From positions 1 through 34,730 of the forward strand of contig JAWBPF010000002.1 in NCBI GenBank assembly GCA_038825355.1: a stretch of DNA of 34,730 bases, read 5' to 3'. The stretch is from Candidatus Bathyarchaeia archaeon. Its GTDB lineage: Archaea > Thermoproteota > Bathyarchaeia > 40CM-2-53-6 > DTGE01. The notes below the pieces were generated by a model, which made no database searches, was not told the DNA's origin, and saw only the letters and a program-made list of their open reading frames with translations. Shown piece after piece: positions 1-9,875 of the stretch. The position numbers and the translations under genes are program-made. Within the stretch, counting starts at the first letter, position 1; every line of letters begins with the position of its first letter.

Positions 1-259
1 CGGAATGCTCCTCGTTCGGTTGGAACATATAAGTTGAACCTTTTTCTACGGTGGCCTCCTCTCTACCCGTTTTAAACAGGGCTCTCCCCCTAAGGCAGAT
101 CCCCAGCTGCTCGTTGGGATGCTTGTGGAGAGGGATTAATGAGCCGGCTTTCATATCCACTAGAAAGAGCATTATACGCCTCCCAGACATGATCACCCTA
201 GCCGAAACACCCGATGTAAGCGTCCAAGACTCAGCAGAATCTATTCTCTTAATTATCAT
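1..259 (-). CDS. Cupin-domain protein, 3' end cut off by the window edge
   Basis: Absent from the ORF track because there is no stop in the window. A reverse-strand ATG at 259-257 opens MIIKRIDSAESWTLTSGVSARVIMSGRRIMLFLVDMKAGSLIPLHKHPNEQLGICLRGRALFKTGREEATVEKGSTYMFQPNEEHS. The HKHPNEQ...G and P-x-x-x-H spacing matches a cupin beta-barrel. It is divergent from purE. Confidence 0.55.
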   Translation of the reverse strand, partial: MIIKRIDSAESWTLTSGVSARVIMSGRRIMLFLVDMKAGSLIPLHKHPNEQLGICLRGRALFKTGREEATVEKGSTYMFQPNEEHS

Positions 260-337
260 TTAATATCACATTAGCTAAGGAGATGCCCCTCATGAATTTA
301 AGGCTTCCCATGATTGACGGGTGAATCCGATAAACGC

Positions 338-345
338 TTAAAATA
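338..345 (+). promoter_or_regulatory. TATA-like box (TTAAAATA) for the purE operon, implying a leaderless or near-leaderless transcript
   Basis: TTAAAATA is centred about 25 nt upstream of the purE ATG (367). No Shine-Dalgarno-like motif lies between them. Confidence 0.4.
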
Positions 346-366
346 GTTTGACCCATATGTTATTGC

Positions 367-825
367 ATGGCAAAAGGTAAGATCATTATAATCATGGGAT
401 CGGAGCATGATATGGAGTTCGCTTCAAGGATTAAGGATTTCCTCGATAGGGAGGGCTTCTCCGTCGAATGCGACTTCAAAATATGTTCAGCGCATAGGAG
501 TACCTATAGGCTCCTCCAACTGCTTCAGGAGCTTGAAGGCGAATCCCTTGTATATATAACCGTGGCGGGGTTATCAGACGGCTTGTCAGGGGTTGTGGCG
601 GGGAACTCCCTCCAACCGGTTATAGCATGTCCTCCAGATCTGGAGCGATACGGATGGGGTAAAGTCTTCTCTACGCTTTTCACCCCGAGAGGTGTCCCAG
701 TAACCTGCGCGATGCTGCCTGAAAACGCCGCCCTCGCCGCTGTGAGGATCCTAGCATTATATGATGAGAAATTAAAGGGGAAGCTCCAGGAGTATAGGGA
801 TCGTATCGCAGGGAGAGGAAGATAG
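367..825 (+). CDS. purE: PurE-family protein (N5-CAIR mutase / AIR carboxylase fold), divergent
   Basis: 152 aa with IIIIMGSEHD and CSAHRS matching the PurE GS-x-x-D and SAHR motifs. It is the first gene of the purEMSLQ row. The usual GGAAHLPG loop reads GLSDGLSG. Confidence 0.75.
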   Translation: MAKGKIIIIMGSEHDMEFASRIKDFLDREGFSVECDFKICSAHRSTYRLLQLLQELEGESLVYITVAGLSDGLSGVVAGNSLQPVIACPPDLERYGWGKVFSTLFTPRGVPVTCAMLPENAALAAVRILALYDEKLKGKLQEYRDRIAGRGR

Positions 826-951
826 GTGAGGATCCAGTGGGGCAAGGAAATCTGGGGATCCTACATGATCCACGGGATGTAAAAGGCATGGAATGAGTAT
901 CAGGTCTCAACTGAAGGAGTTTCGGGATATCGCTTATATTAGCCTTGGAAG

Positions 952-2052
952 GTGTTAATTTTGAGGTCTGGAGATGAATTGAAGGAGTACACCTATGCTG
1001 ATTCTGGTGTTGACCGAGATTTAAGGTTGAAATCTAAGGAGGCCTTAAGGCTTTTAGATTCTACGTTAACTCTCTCAAGATATGGAGATATAATTCAGCT
1101 TCCCTATGGGAGGCTCATACCCTTCAGGGATGGCTGGCTGGACCTGGTAATAGAGGGGGTTGGAACAAAGGTTCTAGTTGCTCAGTTAGCAGGTAAATTT
1201 GATACTATAGGAGTAGACGGTGTGGCTATGGCTGCCAATGATGTTATACGCTCCGGCGCCAGGCCTATATGTCTGGCGGATAACCTCCATGTTCAGAGGT
1301 CGGATCCCATCTTAATCAGGGAACTCCTAAAAGGCGTGATGGAAGGGGCCTTGGAGGCGGGCTGCCCAGTGGTTGGGGGCGAGATAGGCGACGTCGCCGA
1401 GATAGTAAGGGGGGTAAGTGGTGATGAAGGCTTCGATCTAGTGGTCGCCTGCATAGGTGAAGCCTCAGAAGCCGGGATTATAAGAGGGGTAAGGATAAAA
1501 ACTGGAGACGCGGTAATAGGCTTAAGGAGCTCGGGGATCCACAGCAACGGGGTCACCCTGGCTAGGAAGGTTCTTTTAAAGAGATGGGGAGGCTTATACG
1601 ACCCTTTCGATACGCCTGAAGAGCTCGGTAAGCCAATTGTTTACGAGATCCTAGAACCCACAAGGATATACGTGAAAACCATCCTTAGACTGTTGGATGA
1701 GTTTAGGGTTAAGGCGGCTGTCCATATAACAGGGGATGCCTACCTCAAATTTGAGAAGATCATGGCTTTAAACCCTGGGATAGGTTTCAAGTTCACGAAT
1801 TTTAAACCCCAAGCCATATTTCACTTAATCCAGGAGTCTTCCAGGAAGGTTAAAGGCCCCATAAGCGATTTAGAGATGCTGTACACCTTCAATATGGGGT
1901 GGGGTTTTGCGCTCATAGTTGATAGCGACTTAATAGATGACTGCCTCGACCTCCTTGGCAGGATAGGAGGAGAAGCGGAGGTTATAGGAGAGGCTAATAA
2001 ATCAGGACATATATCTGCTTATTTCAAAGGTAAGAAGCTTTTGTTGAGGTGA
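952..2052 (+). CDS. purM: Phosphoribosylformylglycinamidine cyclo-ligase (AIR synthetase)
   Basis: 366 aa with a PurM-like N-terminus (YTYADSGVD) and DLVIEGVGTKVLVAQ. The proposed start is GTG at 952, and the exact start is uncertain. Confidence 0.9.
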   Translation: MLILRSGDELKEYTYADSGVDRDLRLKSKEALRLLDSTLTLSRYGDIIQLPYGRLIPFRDGWLDLVIEGVGTKVLVAQLAGKFDTIGVDGVAMAANDVIRSGARPICLADNLHVQRSDPILIRELLKGVMEGALEAGCPVVGGEIGDVAEIVRGVSGDEGFDLVVACIGEASEAGIIRGVRIKTGDAVIGLRSSGIHSNGVTLARKVLLKRWGGLYDPFDTPEELGKPIVYEILEPTRIYVKTILRLLDEFRVKAAVHITGDAYLKFEKIMALNPGIGFKFTNFKPQAIFHLIQESSRKVKGPISDLEMLYTFNMGWGFALIVDSDLIDDCLDLLGRIGGEAEVIGEANKSGHISAYFKGKKLLLR

Positions 2053-2058
2053 ACATGA

Positions 2059-2313
2059 TTGAATCCTCATAGAGTTAGGGTGGAGGTCTCATTGAAGCCC
2101 GGCCACTCAGATCCTGAAGGCGATGCGACGGCTGAGGCGTTAAGGGATCTAGGCTATCCTGTTGAGGATGTGAAGGTCAGCAAGGTTTACACCTTAACGC
2201 TCAAGACATATTCAAGGGAGGAGGCTGAGCGCCTTGCAGAAGAAGTTTCTCGTAGGCTACTGGCGAATCCAACAAAGGACATGTATACGATAAGGGTTGA
2301 GGAGAAGGGATGA
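2059..2313 (+). CDS. purS: FGAM synthase PurS subunit
   Basis: 84 aa with a TTG start. VRVEVSLKPGHSDPEGDATAEAL is typical of PurS. Its stop overlaps the purL ATG (ATGA at 2310-2313). Confidence 0.85.
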   Translation: MNPHRVRVEVSLKPGHSDPEGDATAEALRDLGYPVEDVKVSKVYTLTLKTYSREEAERLAEEVSRRLLANPTKDMYTIRVEEKG

Positions 2314-4697
2314 ACCCCTACGTTAAAAGGGATACCCCCTTCCCCCTCCACGAGGTTAGGATCCTCAGGGCAGGAGAGGACTTACTGAGAAAGATCAGCT
2401 TAGAGATGGGTTTAGCGTTAAACCTTGAGGAGATGAAGAGCATAAAGAGATACTTTACGGCTTTGAATAGGAATCCAACGGATGTGGAGCTTCAAACCAT
2501 TGGGCAGACCTGGTCTGAACACTGTTTTCATAAGACCTTTAAGGGTGAGATACTCCTCGATGATGGGGCGAGGTTAGACAGCCTATTTAAGACTTTTATA
2601 GCGAGGGCCACAAAGGAGCTCGACCCCCCATGGTGTCTCTCGGTATTCGAGGATAACGCTGGGATAATAGCCTTCGAAGGAGACTACGGGATAGCTGTTA
2701 AGGTTGAAACCCATAACCATCCATCGGCTATAGAGCCTTTCGGAGGCGCTGCAACAGGTACAGGCGGAGTAATCAGGGACATCCTAGGCGTATGGGCTGA
2801 TCCCATAGCTTGCACCGACGTATTATGCTTCGGCCCCTTAAACTATGACTATGATAGGCTACCCTTAGGGGTTAAGCATCCCCGATACGTCTTTAAGGGT
2901 GTCGTAGCTGGCATCGGACACTACGGAAACAACATGGGCATACCAACAGTCAACGGAGCCATCTACTTCGATGACAGCTATACGGGAAACGTCGTCGTAT
3001 ACTGCGGCTGCATAGGGCTTCTACCGTTTAAATATTTCAAGAAGGATACTAGACCAGGGGATTCAGCGGTTCTAGCCGGAGGTAGAACGGGACGCGACGG
3101 GATCCACGGCGTAACCTTCGCATCCACGGTGCTCACGGAGGAGTCCGAGGAGGAATCTAGGCCTGCAGTTCAGATACCTAACCCTATAGAGGAGGAGAAG
3201 CTCTCAAGGGCTGTGAGAAAGGTTAGAGACGAAGGCTTATGCTCGGGGATAACCGACCTAGGTGGGGGAGGACTTTCAAGTGCTATAGGGGAAACCGCAT
3301 ACAGGTTCAATCTAGGAGTAGAAATCCATCTAGATAGGGTTCCATTGAAGTATTCCGGGCTGGCTCCATGGGAGATATGGATATCGGAATCCCAGGAGAG
3401 GATGCTCCTAACAGTTCCAGACAGCAATCTTGAGAGGGTCTTAGAGGCCTTCAGGGAAGAGGAGGTTGAAGCCACACCTATAGGCAGATTCGACTCTACA
3501 GGGAAACTGAGGCTAAGCTACAGGGGCTACATGGTTGGAGATTTAGATGTAGGGTTCCTCTTCTCGCCTCCAAAGGTAAGGCGTAGAGCCTTATGGGCGA
3601 AGCCTAAACCCTGTGAGGAGAGGATCCCCACCGAGCCTGAGGATCTATGCGAGACTCTGGAATCCATGCTCGCAATGCCCAACATCGCCAGCAGAGAAGA
3701 CGTTATACGCACATATGATCATGAGGTTAAGGGTAATACGGTGATAAAGCCACTCCACGGAGAACGAGGTGGGCCGAATGATGCAGCGGTTTTAAAGCCC
3801 CTGGATGATTCATGGCGTGGCTTAGCCGTATCCTGCGGGATGAACCCCTGCTACGGGAAGGTGGACCCATACTGGATGGCGGCTTCGGCCATAGACGAAG
3901 CTTTAAGAAATAATACCGCTGTTGGAGGGCGTAGGATCGCCCTCCTAGACAACTTTACATGGGGTAATCCTGAAAAGCCTGAGCAGCTAGGGGCCCTGGT
4001 GAGGGCCTGCGAGGCATGCTATAAAATAGCTAAGGGGTTCAAAGCCCCCTTCATATCAGGTAAGGACAGCCTATACAACGAGTCTCCCCTTGGACCTGTA
4101 ACCCCTACACTTCTCATAACGGCTGTAGGGATCGTCCCTGATGTGAGGCGGGTGGTCTCCCTCGACTTGAAGACCCCCGGCGACCCCATATACCTGGTTG
4201 GCATGACGTATAGGGAGCTAGGCGGATCCCACTACTACATGCTCCGAAAAGTTTCCTTTGGGAATGTACCGAAGGTTAGGGTAGGTGAAGCCCGCAGAGT
4301 AATGGCTGCAGTGACGCTGGCCATAGATTCAGGATGTATAAGGGCCTGCCACGACCTCTCAGAGGGGGGAATAGCTGTAGCAGCGGCTGAAATGGCGTTC
4401 ACCGGAGACCTAGGCTTTGAGATGGATCTCCGCCTAGTCCCATCTAGTTCAGAGCCCTGGAGGAGTGACCTCCTCATATTCTCAGAGTCCAACAGTCGTT
4501 TCATAGTTGAAGTCGATAAGCATCGTGAAGAGGACTTTAAGGCATGTCTCCGCTCAATCCCCCATGCCTGTATAGGAGCTGTCTCATCAGATCCCATACT
4601 CTCAATAAAGGGTTTGAAGGGAGAAACCGTTATCTCGGCTGAGCTGGATAAGCTCTACGAGTCTTGGCGTAGGGGGCTTGAGAGTTGGAGCCGTTGA
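2310..4697 (+). CDS. purL: FGAM synthase II (PurL)
   Basis: 795 aa with WSEHCFHKTF and VETHNHPSAIEPFGGAATGTGGVIRD, which are signature PurL motifs. Confidence 0.95.
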   Translation: MNPYVKRDTPFPLHEVRILRAGEDLLRKISLEMGLALNLEEMKSIKRYFTALNRNPTDVELQTIGQTWSEHCFHKTFKGEILLDDGARLDSLFKTFIARATKELDPPWCLSVFEDNAGIIAFEGDYGIAVKVETHNHPSAIEPFGGAATGTGGVIRDILGVWADPIACTDVLCFGPLNYDYDRLPLGVKHPRYVFKGVVAGIGHYGNNMGIPTVNGAIYFDDSYTGNVVVYCGCIGLLPFKYFKKDTRPGDSAVLAGGRTGRDGIHGVTFASTVLTEESEEESRPAVQIPNPIEEEKLSRAVRKVRDEGLCSGITDLGGGGLSSAIGETAYRFNLGVEIHLDRVPLKYSGLAPWEIWISESQERMLLTVPDSNLERVLEAFREEEVEATPIGRFDSTGKLRLSYRGYMVGDLDVGFLFSPPKVRRRALWAKPKPCEERIPTEPEDLCETLESMLAMPNIASREDVIRTYDHEVKGNTVIKPLHGERGGPNDAAVLKPLDDSWRGLAVSCGMNPCYGKVDPYWMAASAIDEALRNNTAVGGRRIALLDNFTWGNPEKPEQLGALVRACEACYKIAKGFKAPFISGKDSLYNESPLGPVTPTLLITAVGIVPDVRRVVSLDLKTPGDPIYLVGMTYRELGGSHYYMLRKVSFGNVPKVRVGEARRVMAAVTLAIDSGCIRACHDLSEGGIAVAAAEMAFTGDLGFEMDLRLVPSSSEPWRSDLLIFSESNSRFIVEVDKHREEDFKACLRSIPHACIGAVSSDPILSIKGLKGETVISAELDKLYESWRRGLESWSR

Positions 4698-4708
4698 AAG
4701 GTGTTAAG

Positions 4709-5512
4709 ATGTGCATAATCCGTGTAGGCGGAACAAACTGCGACAACGAGACTAGGAGGTCCCTCTTCGACGTAGGATTAAACGGGGAAGTCCTCCACCT
4801 CAACAGGGCAGCCAGGAAGGGACTAGATGGATACGACGCCCTAATCCTTCCTGGGGGCTTCTCCTACGGGGACTACGTTAGGGCGGGGGCGATATGGGCT
4901 AGGAGGCTCACCTCAAGGCTTCATAGGGGCCTGAAAAGATTCCTTGAGGATGAGAAGCCAATAATGGGCATATGCAACGGCTTCCAAGTCCTGGTTGAGG
5001 CTGGGCTTCTCCCCTCATTCAATGGCTTAGGAGACCTCCTAGATAAGGGTCCCCAAGCGGCCTTAGCAACCAATGAGCCCCCAGGCTACAGGTGTAGATG
5101 GGTGAGGCTGAGGATCGAAAGCTCAAGATGCATCTTCACCCATGGTATACCTGAGGGAGCTGTACTGAGGATCCCTGTAGCCCATTCAGAAGGGAGGTTC
5201 GCATTCCCCAAGGAGAAAGAGGAGGAATACCTGGAGAGGCTTACCGAGGAAGGGCAACTCGTATTACGCTACTGCTTAGAAGATGGAATCCCCGCACATG
5301 GGAGATACCCGTATAACCCTAATGGCTCCCTCTACGATATCGCAGGGATCTGCGATCCATCAGGTAGGATCTTCGGCTTGATGCCCCATCCGGAACGGGC
5401 ATACTATGGATGGCAGCTCCCAGACTGGACCAAGACGGGTGAGCCGCCGCCCTACGGCGATGGGAGACATTTCTTCATAGCTTTAAGATCATATCTGGAG
5501 AGATCTGCCTAA
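4709..5512 (+). CDS. purQ: FGAM synthase I glutaminase subunit (PurQ)
   Basis: Contains the GICNGFQ nucleophile elbow and MPHPER. I prefer ATG 4709 (MCIIRVGGTNCD) with GGTG at 4700-4703 over the track's TTG 4685, which would overlap purL. Confidence 0.9.
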   Translation: MCIIRVGGTNCDNETRRSLFDVGLNGEVLHLNRAARKGLDGYDALILPGGFSYGDYVRAGAIWARRLTSRLHRGLKRFLEDEKPIMGICNGFQVLVEAGLLPSFNGLGDLLDKGPQAALATNEPPGYRCRWVRLRIESSRCIFTHGIPEGAVLRIPVAHSEGRFAFPKEKEEEYLERLTEEGQLVLRYCLEDGIPAHGRYPYNPNGSLYDIAGICDPSGRIFGLMPHPERAYYGWQLPDWTKTGEPPPYGDGRHFFIALRSYLERSA

Positions 5513-6432
5513 CCTCCACCTCGTTGCTCCCTGAGGATGGCTTCAACCTCCTCTTTTGAGGGTAAACCCCTCCTAGCTCCTACTTCCCCTATACATTTAG
5601 AAGCTGTGAAACAGGCAAGTTTTAGACGGGCCTCTAGGCTTAGTCCCTTAAGGGTACCATATATGAAGCCTGCGTTGAAAGCGTCTCCAGCCCCTGTTGT
5701 ATCTACAACCCTGGTCTTAAAGGCTCCTACATGAAGGCTCTGTACTCCATCCATGGCGTAGCAGCCTCTACTCCCAAGCTTAACAACGACCATTTTAGGC
5801 CCGAGGTTTAGGAGCTTCTCTGCTCCATGCTCGAATCCGAGGCCTGTTAGGATACGGGTCTCCACCTCGTTAAGGAGGAGTATCTCCGTCCTCTCAAGGA
5901 GGGGTCTTATAGCCTCCTTCCTTCTGGCATATATCTCGCCGGGATCCAAGCTCACAATTATCCTGTCCCCGAGGCCTTCGAGGAGCTCTATCTGAGCTTT
6001 TAGGGGCTCATCTCCAACGAATGATGTTAAATGTATAAGCTTTGTTGATGAGGCATATCCCACGTCGACGTCTCCTCTTGTGAGGGTGTCGTTTACCCCT
6101 GGATCCACGTATAGCGCCCTCTCGCCTTCAGGGTCTACGAAGGCCATGACTACGCCGCTTCTCCCCTTACCAGCTACAGCTATCCCCCTAACGTCTACGA
6201 GGTTCTCCCTGAAATCTTTCAGGAGTAGATGGCCTTCCCTGTCATCAGCTACTTTCCCTACATATCCGGTGGAGAGGCCGAGCTTCGCGAGTGCCGTTAC
6301 AGTATTGGCTGCAGAGCCTCCGCATGACTCATTGTAACCCGTTATGAAACTCTCTTCCCCGGATCCTGCGATCCTGTTCACAAGGTAAACCTTATCGAGG
6401 TTCAGAGCTCCAAAGCCTATTACGTCGAACAT
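5509..6432 (-). CDS. PfkB/ribokinase-family sugar or nucleoside kinase
   Basis: 307 aa with the C-terminal TTGAGDAFNAGFIYG ATP/anion-hole motif and overall ribokinase-like layout. It is the last gene of the purF operon. Confidence 0.85.
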   Translation of the reverse strand: MFDVIGFGALNLDKVYLVNRIAGSGEESFITGYNESCGGSAANTVTALAKLGLSTGYVGKVADDREGHLLLKDFRENLVDVRGIAVAGKGRSGVVMAFVDPEGERALYVDPGVNDTLTRGDVDVGYASSTKLIHLTSFVGDEPLKAQIELLEGLGDRIIVSLDPGEIYARRKEAIRPLLERTEILLLNEVETRILTGLGFEHGAEKLLNLGPKMVVVKLGSRGCYAMDGVQSLHVGAFKTRVVDTTGAGDAFNAGFIYGTLKGLSLEARLKLACFTASKCIGEVGARRGLPSKEEVEAILREQRGGG

Positions 6433-6433
6433 A

Positions 6434-7357
6434 CTATCCTATGAGCTCCCTTAAGGATATGATGTGGCTTCCAAGTTTTCCCTGATAGTTGCCTGCAGAT
6501 ATCTTAACTACACCGTCCACTTGCGACGCGGCTTCAATCCCCACCTTCATAGCCTTCTCGACGGCCCCCAATGAAACACCGTTTATCACTACTTCGGGGA
6601 TATACTTTACATCCTCAGGGACCTTCGACTCTCGTCCAAGCCTATCCTTCAAGGATGGACAATAGTAATGGTTTGTAGAAGGGCCTATCCATGGATAATT
6701 CGTCTCGGGCTTCGAGCCTGCCGAGCATACGTCGAAGGGGGTTACAACTCCTTCAACCTCGGATATAGCTTTGAGAGCCTCCTCCCCAGCCTCCTTAACC
6801 GCCTTCCTCGTAGAACATAGATACCAGAAGTTGGCCCCCATCACTCCCTTACCGTATCCGAGTCGCCGCTCTATTATGAAATCCGGAACCATTATAGGCA
6901 CTACTATAACTTCCCTACCATACAATTCTTCAATCCATTCGTAGCCGTCGCCGCAGTAGCCTACCCGTTCCATCGTATCTATGAAACCCATAGGGTTCAT
7001 GGATGCATCGTACAGGGATGTGAAGGGCTTCACGAGTATATCCTGCCTTATCCTATAGGAGGATTCGATCTCAAGCTTCTTTATCGAGTCGCTTAAAGGC
7101 TTTGACGGCTCTATCCTACCCCAGAGCTGGATTATCGCTCCAGGCCTACCATCTGGTGTTTCGCCTGGTTTAAGCCAGGCTTCGACTCCCCCCTCAACCC
7201 TACCTATGACGACGGATGGTGTGGCGGTGGCGTCCTCAGCAGCTCTCCTAGCAGTCTCCTCATCGTCGGCGGTAACTATGAGCCTCAGGTATAAGCCGTC
7301 GAAGGCCTCAGCATACGTGTCCTCCACTATCTCCATTACATCCGGCATTTCACTCAC
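6434..7357 (-). CDS. ftr: Formylmethanofuran:tetrahydromethanopterin formyltransferase (Ftr) family protein, possibly a paralogue
   Basis: 307 aa resembling Ftr over its full length as I remember the family ([52 protein letters not shown]). Its start overlaps the stop of the upstream HAD-like gene. Confidence 0.85.
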   Translation of the reverse strand: MSEMPDVMEIVEDTYAEAFDGLYLRLIVTADDEETARRAAEDATATPSVVIGRVEGGVEAWLKPGETPDGRPGAIIQLWGRIEPSKPLSDSIKKLEIESSYRIRQDILVKPFTSLYDASMNPMGFIDTMERVGYCGDGYEWIEELYGREVIVVPIMVPDFIIERRLGYGKGVMGANFWYLCSTRKAVKEAGEEALKAISEVEGVVTPFDVCSAGSKPETNYPWIGPSTNHYYCPSLKDRLGRESKVPEDVKYIPEVVINGVSLGAVEKAMKVGIEAASQVDGVVKISAGNYQGKLGSHIISLRELIG

Positions 7358-8469
7358 CCGAGGGATCCCACAGCCTCTCCCCTAAGGGTTCTTCTAGCAT
7401 ATTTACTCTTCTCCATGAGGTTCATAAGGTTCTCCTCCGTTATAGTTGAGACTTCAAGGGGTATCTCTGACCTATACGACTTTAAAGCATTTATCAGCCT
7501 TGAAGGCAGATTAAACCTCTGCAGCCTCTCCAGGGTCCATTCGGATGCCACGTCAAGGACCAGTTCCCTGCCTCCATTTCTGAATAGATGCGCTAGGATC
7601 GCTGTAGGGGTTGCCGTACCTGATATCACGGCGACTTCAGCCTCCCTAAGGGCATACTCATTTCCGTTGAAGGATATTGATGCTCCTCCAGCATCCCTTA
7701 CAAGCTTCAGGGGAGCAACATCCGTTATACTGTCCCCGAGGTATATGACATCAGTTAAAGAGCATCTATTTCTAGAGACGACATCCTTTACGGCTTCAGC
7801 TTTTCCTTCCCCACCTATAGGGTTTACATCCAAGAGTATCTCTCCGCATTTCATGGAGGATAGTTCTCTCCAGAATATCTCATCCAGCCTTTCAAATACG
7901 GGTTTAAACCCCCTACTAGGGTCCATCAGGGCTTCAGGTGAAGGGTCGAGTACAGGCATCTCCAGGATTTCACGGCATAGCTCCCTAAGCTTTACATGCT
8001 CCTCCTCAGTCATCTCGTATCGGTCAAGATTGACTTGGGTGGAGTAGGCGCAGCTATGGGGAAGTCCCAAGGTTTCGCATACGGCTTCCACGTAGTGTCT
8101 ATAGCTTGTGCTGATGATATAGCTTGGCATGGCACCTCCTATGTATTTTAATGCTTCCAAGGCTCCAGGTACGAAGGCTATGCTACTCCGGGAATACTCA
8201 GCTATGCCCTCATCGGTTGCCCCGAAGGCTTTTAGGAAGGGTAGGATGAGCTTCAGGGTGTCCCCCGCCTTATATCCACGTCTCCTAACTACATCGGCTA
8301 ACACGTCGTCGTATCGGCTTATCCTCCTGAAGAATTCTCCTCCTCCAGGTATATAGTGGCTTGAGAGCTCGTAGGCGTTGTCATTTACAGTTATCGGTCC
8401 TTCACAGTCGGTTATGAAGACTCTACCCTCTATGCCAGCGGTCTTGGGCTTATCCATGGTAGTCATCAT
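7354..8469 (-). CDS. HAD-superfamily-like protein (resembles proteins annotated EhaR)
   Basis: 371 aa with HAD-like motif I as [10 protein letters not shown] (D-x-E variant), IISTS, a Lys in [10 protein letters not shown], and motif IV as YLGDSITD. The ATGATGA start overlaps the purD stop. Confidence 0.6.
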   Translation of the reverse strand: MMTTMDKPKTAGIEGRVFITDCEGPITVNDNAYELSSHYIPGGGEFFRRISRYDDVLADVVRRRGYKAGDTLKLILPFLKAFGATDEGIAEYSRSSIAFVPGALEALKYIGGAMPSYIISTSYRHYVEAVCETLGLPHSCAYSTQVNLDRYEMTEEEHVKLRELCREILEMPVLDPSPEALMDPSRGFKPVFERLDEIFWRELSSMKCGEILLDVNPIGGEGKAEAVKDVVSRNRCSLTDVIYLGDSITDVAPLKLVRDAGGASISFNGNEYALREAEVAVISGTATPTAILAHLFRNGGRELVLDVASEWTLERLQRFNLPSRLINALKSYRSEIPLEVSTITEENLMNLMEKSKYARRTLRGEAVGSLG

Positions 8470-9875
8470 AGTCCTCTAAGGCTCCTCATATGGGCTATGC
8501 TTCGATTTATATGATCCTGAGAGGCTATATCCCCGCGATGCCAGAGGGCACCTCCTCTAATCCTCTCCAGGGCCTCGAGAGCCGTCTCCCTGGCTTCCTG
8601 GATCGAGTCGCCTATACCCACAGTGCATATAGCCCTAGACCTTAGAGGATATATCTGGCTGTCCCTCACCTCCATAGAGGCGGGATAAATCCTCAGCCTG
8701 TATGGATCCTTGTCAGCCAAGTCTTGAGCTTCCGTTAGATCCACCGGTAGGCCTACTTGGCTTTTATCAATCCTCCCAGGATATGCCTCCGAGAAGCCTC
8801 CGTAAATTGGGGGAACCTTATATATAACCACTGTGGCTTTCGCCTCCATGTCTACCTTCGTCAGGTTGCCGTCAAGGATTTTGAAGCACACCTCTGCTAA
8901 GTCACTCCTCATTACTGGAATTATATTTATTATCTCTGGATCACCGGGCCGGCTGTTTATCTCGAGGATCTTCACCCCTTCCCGTGTATGAATATAGGCT
9001 ATGTAGAAGGGTACTCCCAGAAGATTCGGGTTGGATCCCCCTCCCCTAAGGGCCTGAAATAGCTTTTCAGCGAACCGGATCTCCCTTTCCCTATCCCCTC
9101 TAGATAGGAAGGGTAGTACATCCCCGACATCCTTGTATGACCCCATCCCCCCTGTGTTGGGTCCTGCATCTCCATCGAAGGCCCTCTTATAGTCTCGAGT
9201 GTCCGGCAGCGGAATTAAATGGATTCCATCGCAGAATGCTTGGAAGCTGGATTCCTCGCCTATAACTTTCTCCTCGACTATCACGGGGCCGTAGGCAAGG
9301 TTCTCCCTGAAATGGCTGTAGAGGCCTTCTCTAGTCGTGAAATGGTCTCCCCATACTCCTACGCCTTTCCCAGCCGCTGGAGCGTCAGGTTTCACCACGG
9401 CCTCCCCTCCAAGCTCGTCCACCCATTCATAGAGTCTCCTTTTAAGGCTGGATTCATCCTTCAACTCCTCTGGATAGAATACTTTGAACTTGACGTTTAC
9501 TTCAGGGATGACTTCTTGGAGTAGCATCCTCTGCCTGACCTTACTTCCTTCAAAGGCGTAACTCTTCGTCGGACATATGGTTGGAATACTCAACTCACCC
9601 TCTAAGAGATCTCTCACACCTTCTATGATGGGTTTCTCAGGCCCAACAACTGCGAAGTCGATTCCTTCTCTATGCCTCGCAGCGTATCGCTTTATAGCCT
9701 GTACCTCCAGTTCAGGCATAACTATATGGTCAAAGGCTATCTTAGCGTTGAACGGGTTCCTCTGTTTATCGACTATGTACAGGTCTACCTTGTATTCACT
9801 GCTCCTGGAGAACATGTCGGCCATGGCTGCCTCCCTTGCGCCGTATGAGACGAGTAAGATGCCGATCCTATCCAT
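8466..9875 (-). CDS. purD: Phosphoribosylamine-glycine ligase (GAR synthetase)
   Basis: ATP-grasp protein with the PurD signature GPNTGGMGSY. I chose the internal ATG at 9875 (MDRIGILLVSYGAREAAM), which overlaps the purF stop by 8 nt. The track ORF extends to 9929. Confidence 0.88.
   Translation of the reverse strand: MDRIGILLVSYGAREAAMADMFSRSSEYKVDLYIVDKQRNPFNAKIAFDHIVMPELEVQAIKRYAARHREGIDFAVVGPEKPIIEGVRDLLEGELSIPTICPTKSYAFEGSKVRQRMLLQEVIPEVNVKFKVFYPEELKDESSLKRRLYEWVDELGGEAVVKPDAPAAGKGVGVWGDHFTTREGLYSHFRENLAYGPVIVEEKVIGEESSFQAFCDGIHLIPLPDTRDYKRAFDGDAGPNTGGMGSYKDVGDVLPFLSRGDREREIRFAEKLFQALRGGGSNPNLLGVPFYIAYIHTREGVKILEINSRPGDPEIINIIPVMRSDLAEVCFKILDGNLTKVDMEAKATVVIYKVPPIYGGFSEAYPGRIDKSQVGLPVDLTEAQDLADKDPYRLRIYPASMEVRDSQIYPLRSRAICTVGIGDSIQEARETALEALERIRGGALWHRGDIASQDHINRSIAHMRSLRGL

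Noticed and set aside
51-263. 70-aa plus-strand ORF at the left edge.
   Set aside because: The opposite strand encodes a much more protein-like cupin domain starting at 259. The plus ORF has no recognisable motif and is probably a shadow frame.
525-4597. Antisense or out-of-frame ORFs inside purE, purM and purL (525-845, 680-910, 1293-1556, 3170-3475, 3527-3712, 4019-4204, 4235-4597).
   Set aside because: Each lies entirely within a strongly motif-supported purine gene. Their translations are Ser/Pro/Arg-rich and low in complexity, as expected for shadow ORFs.
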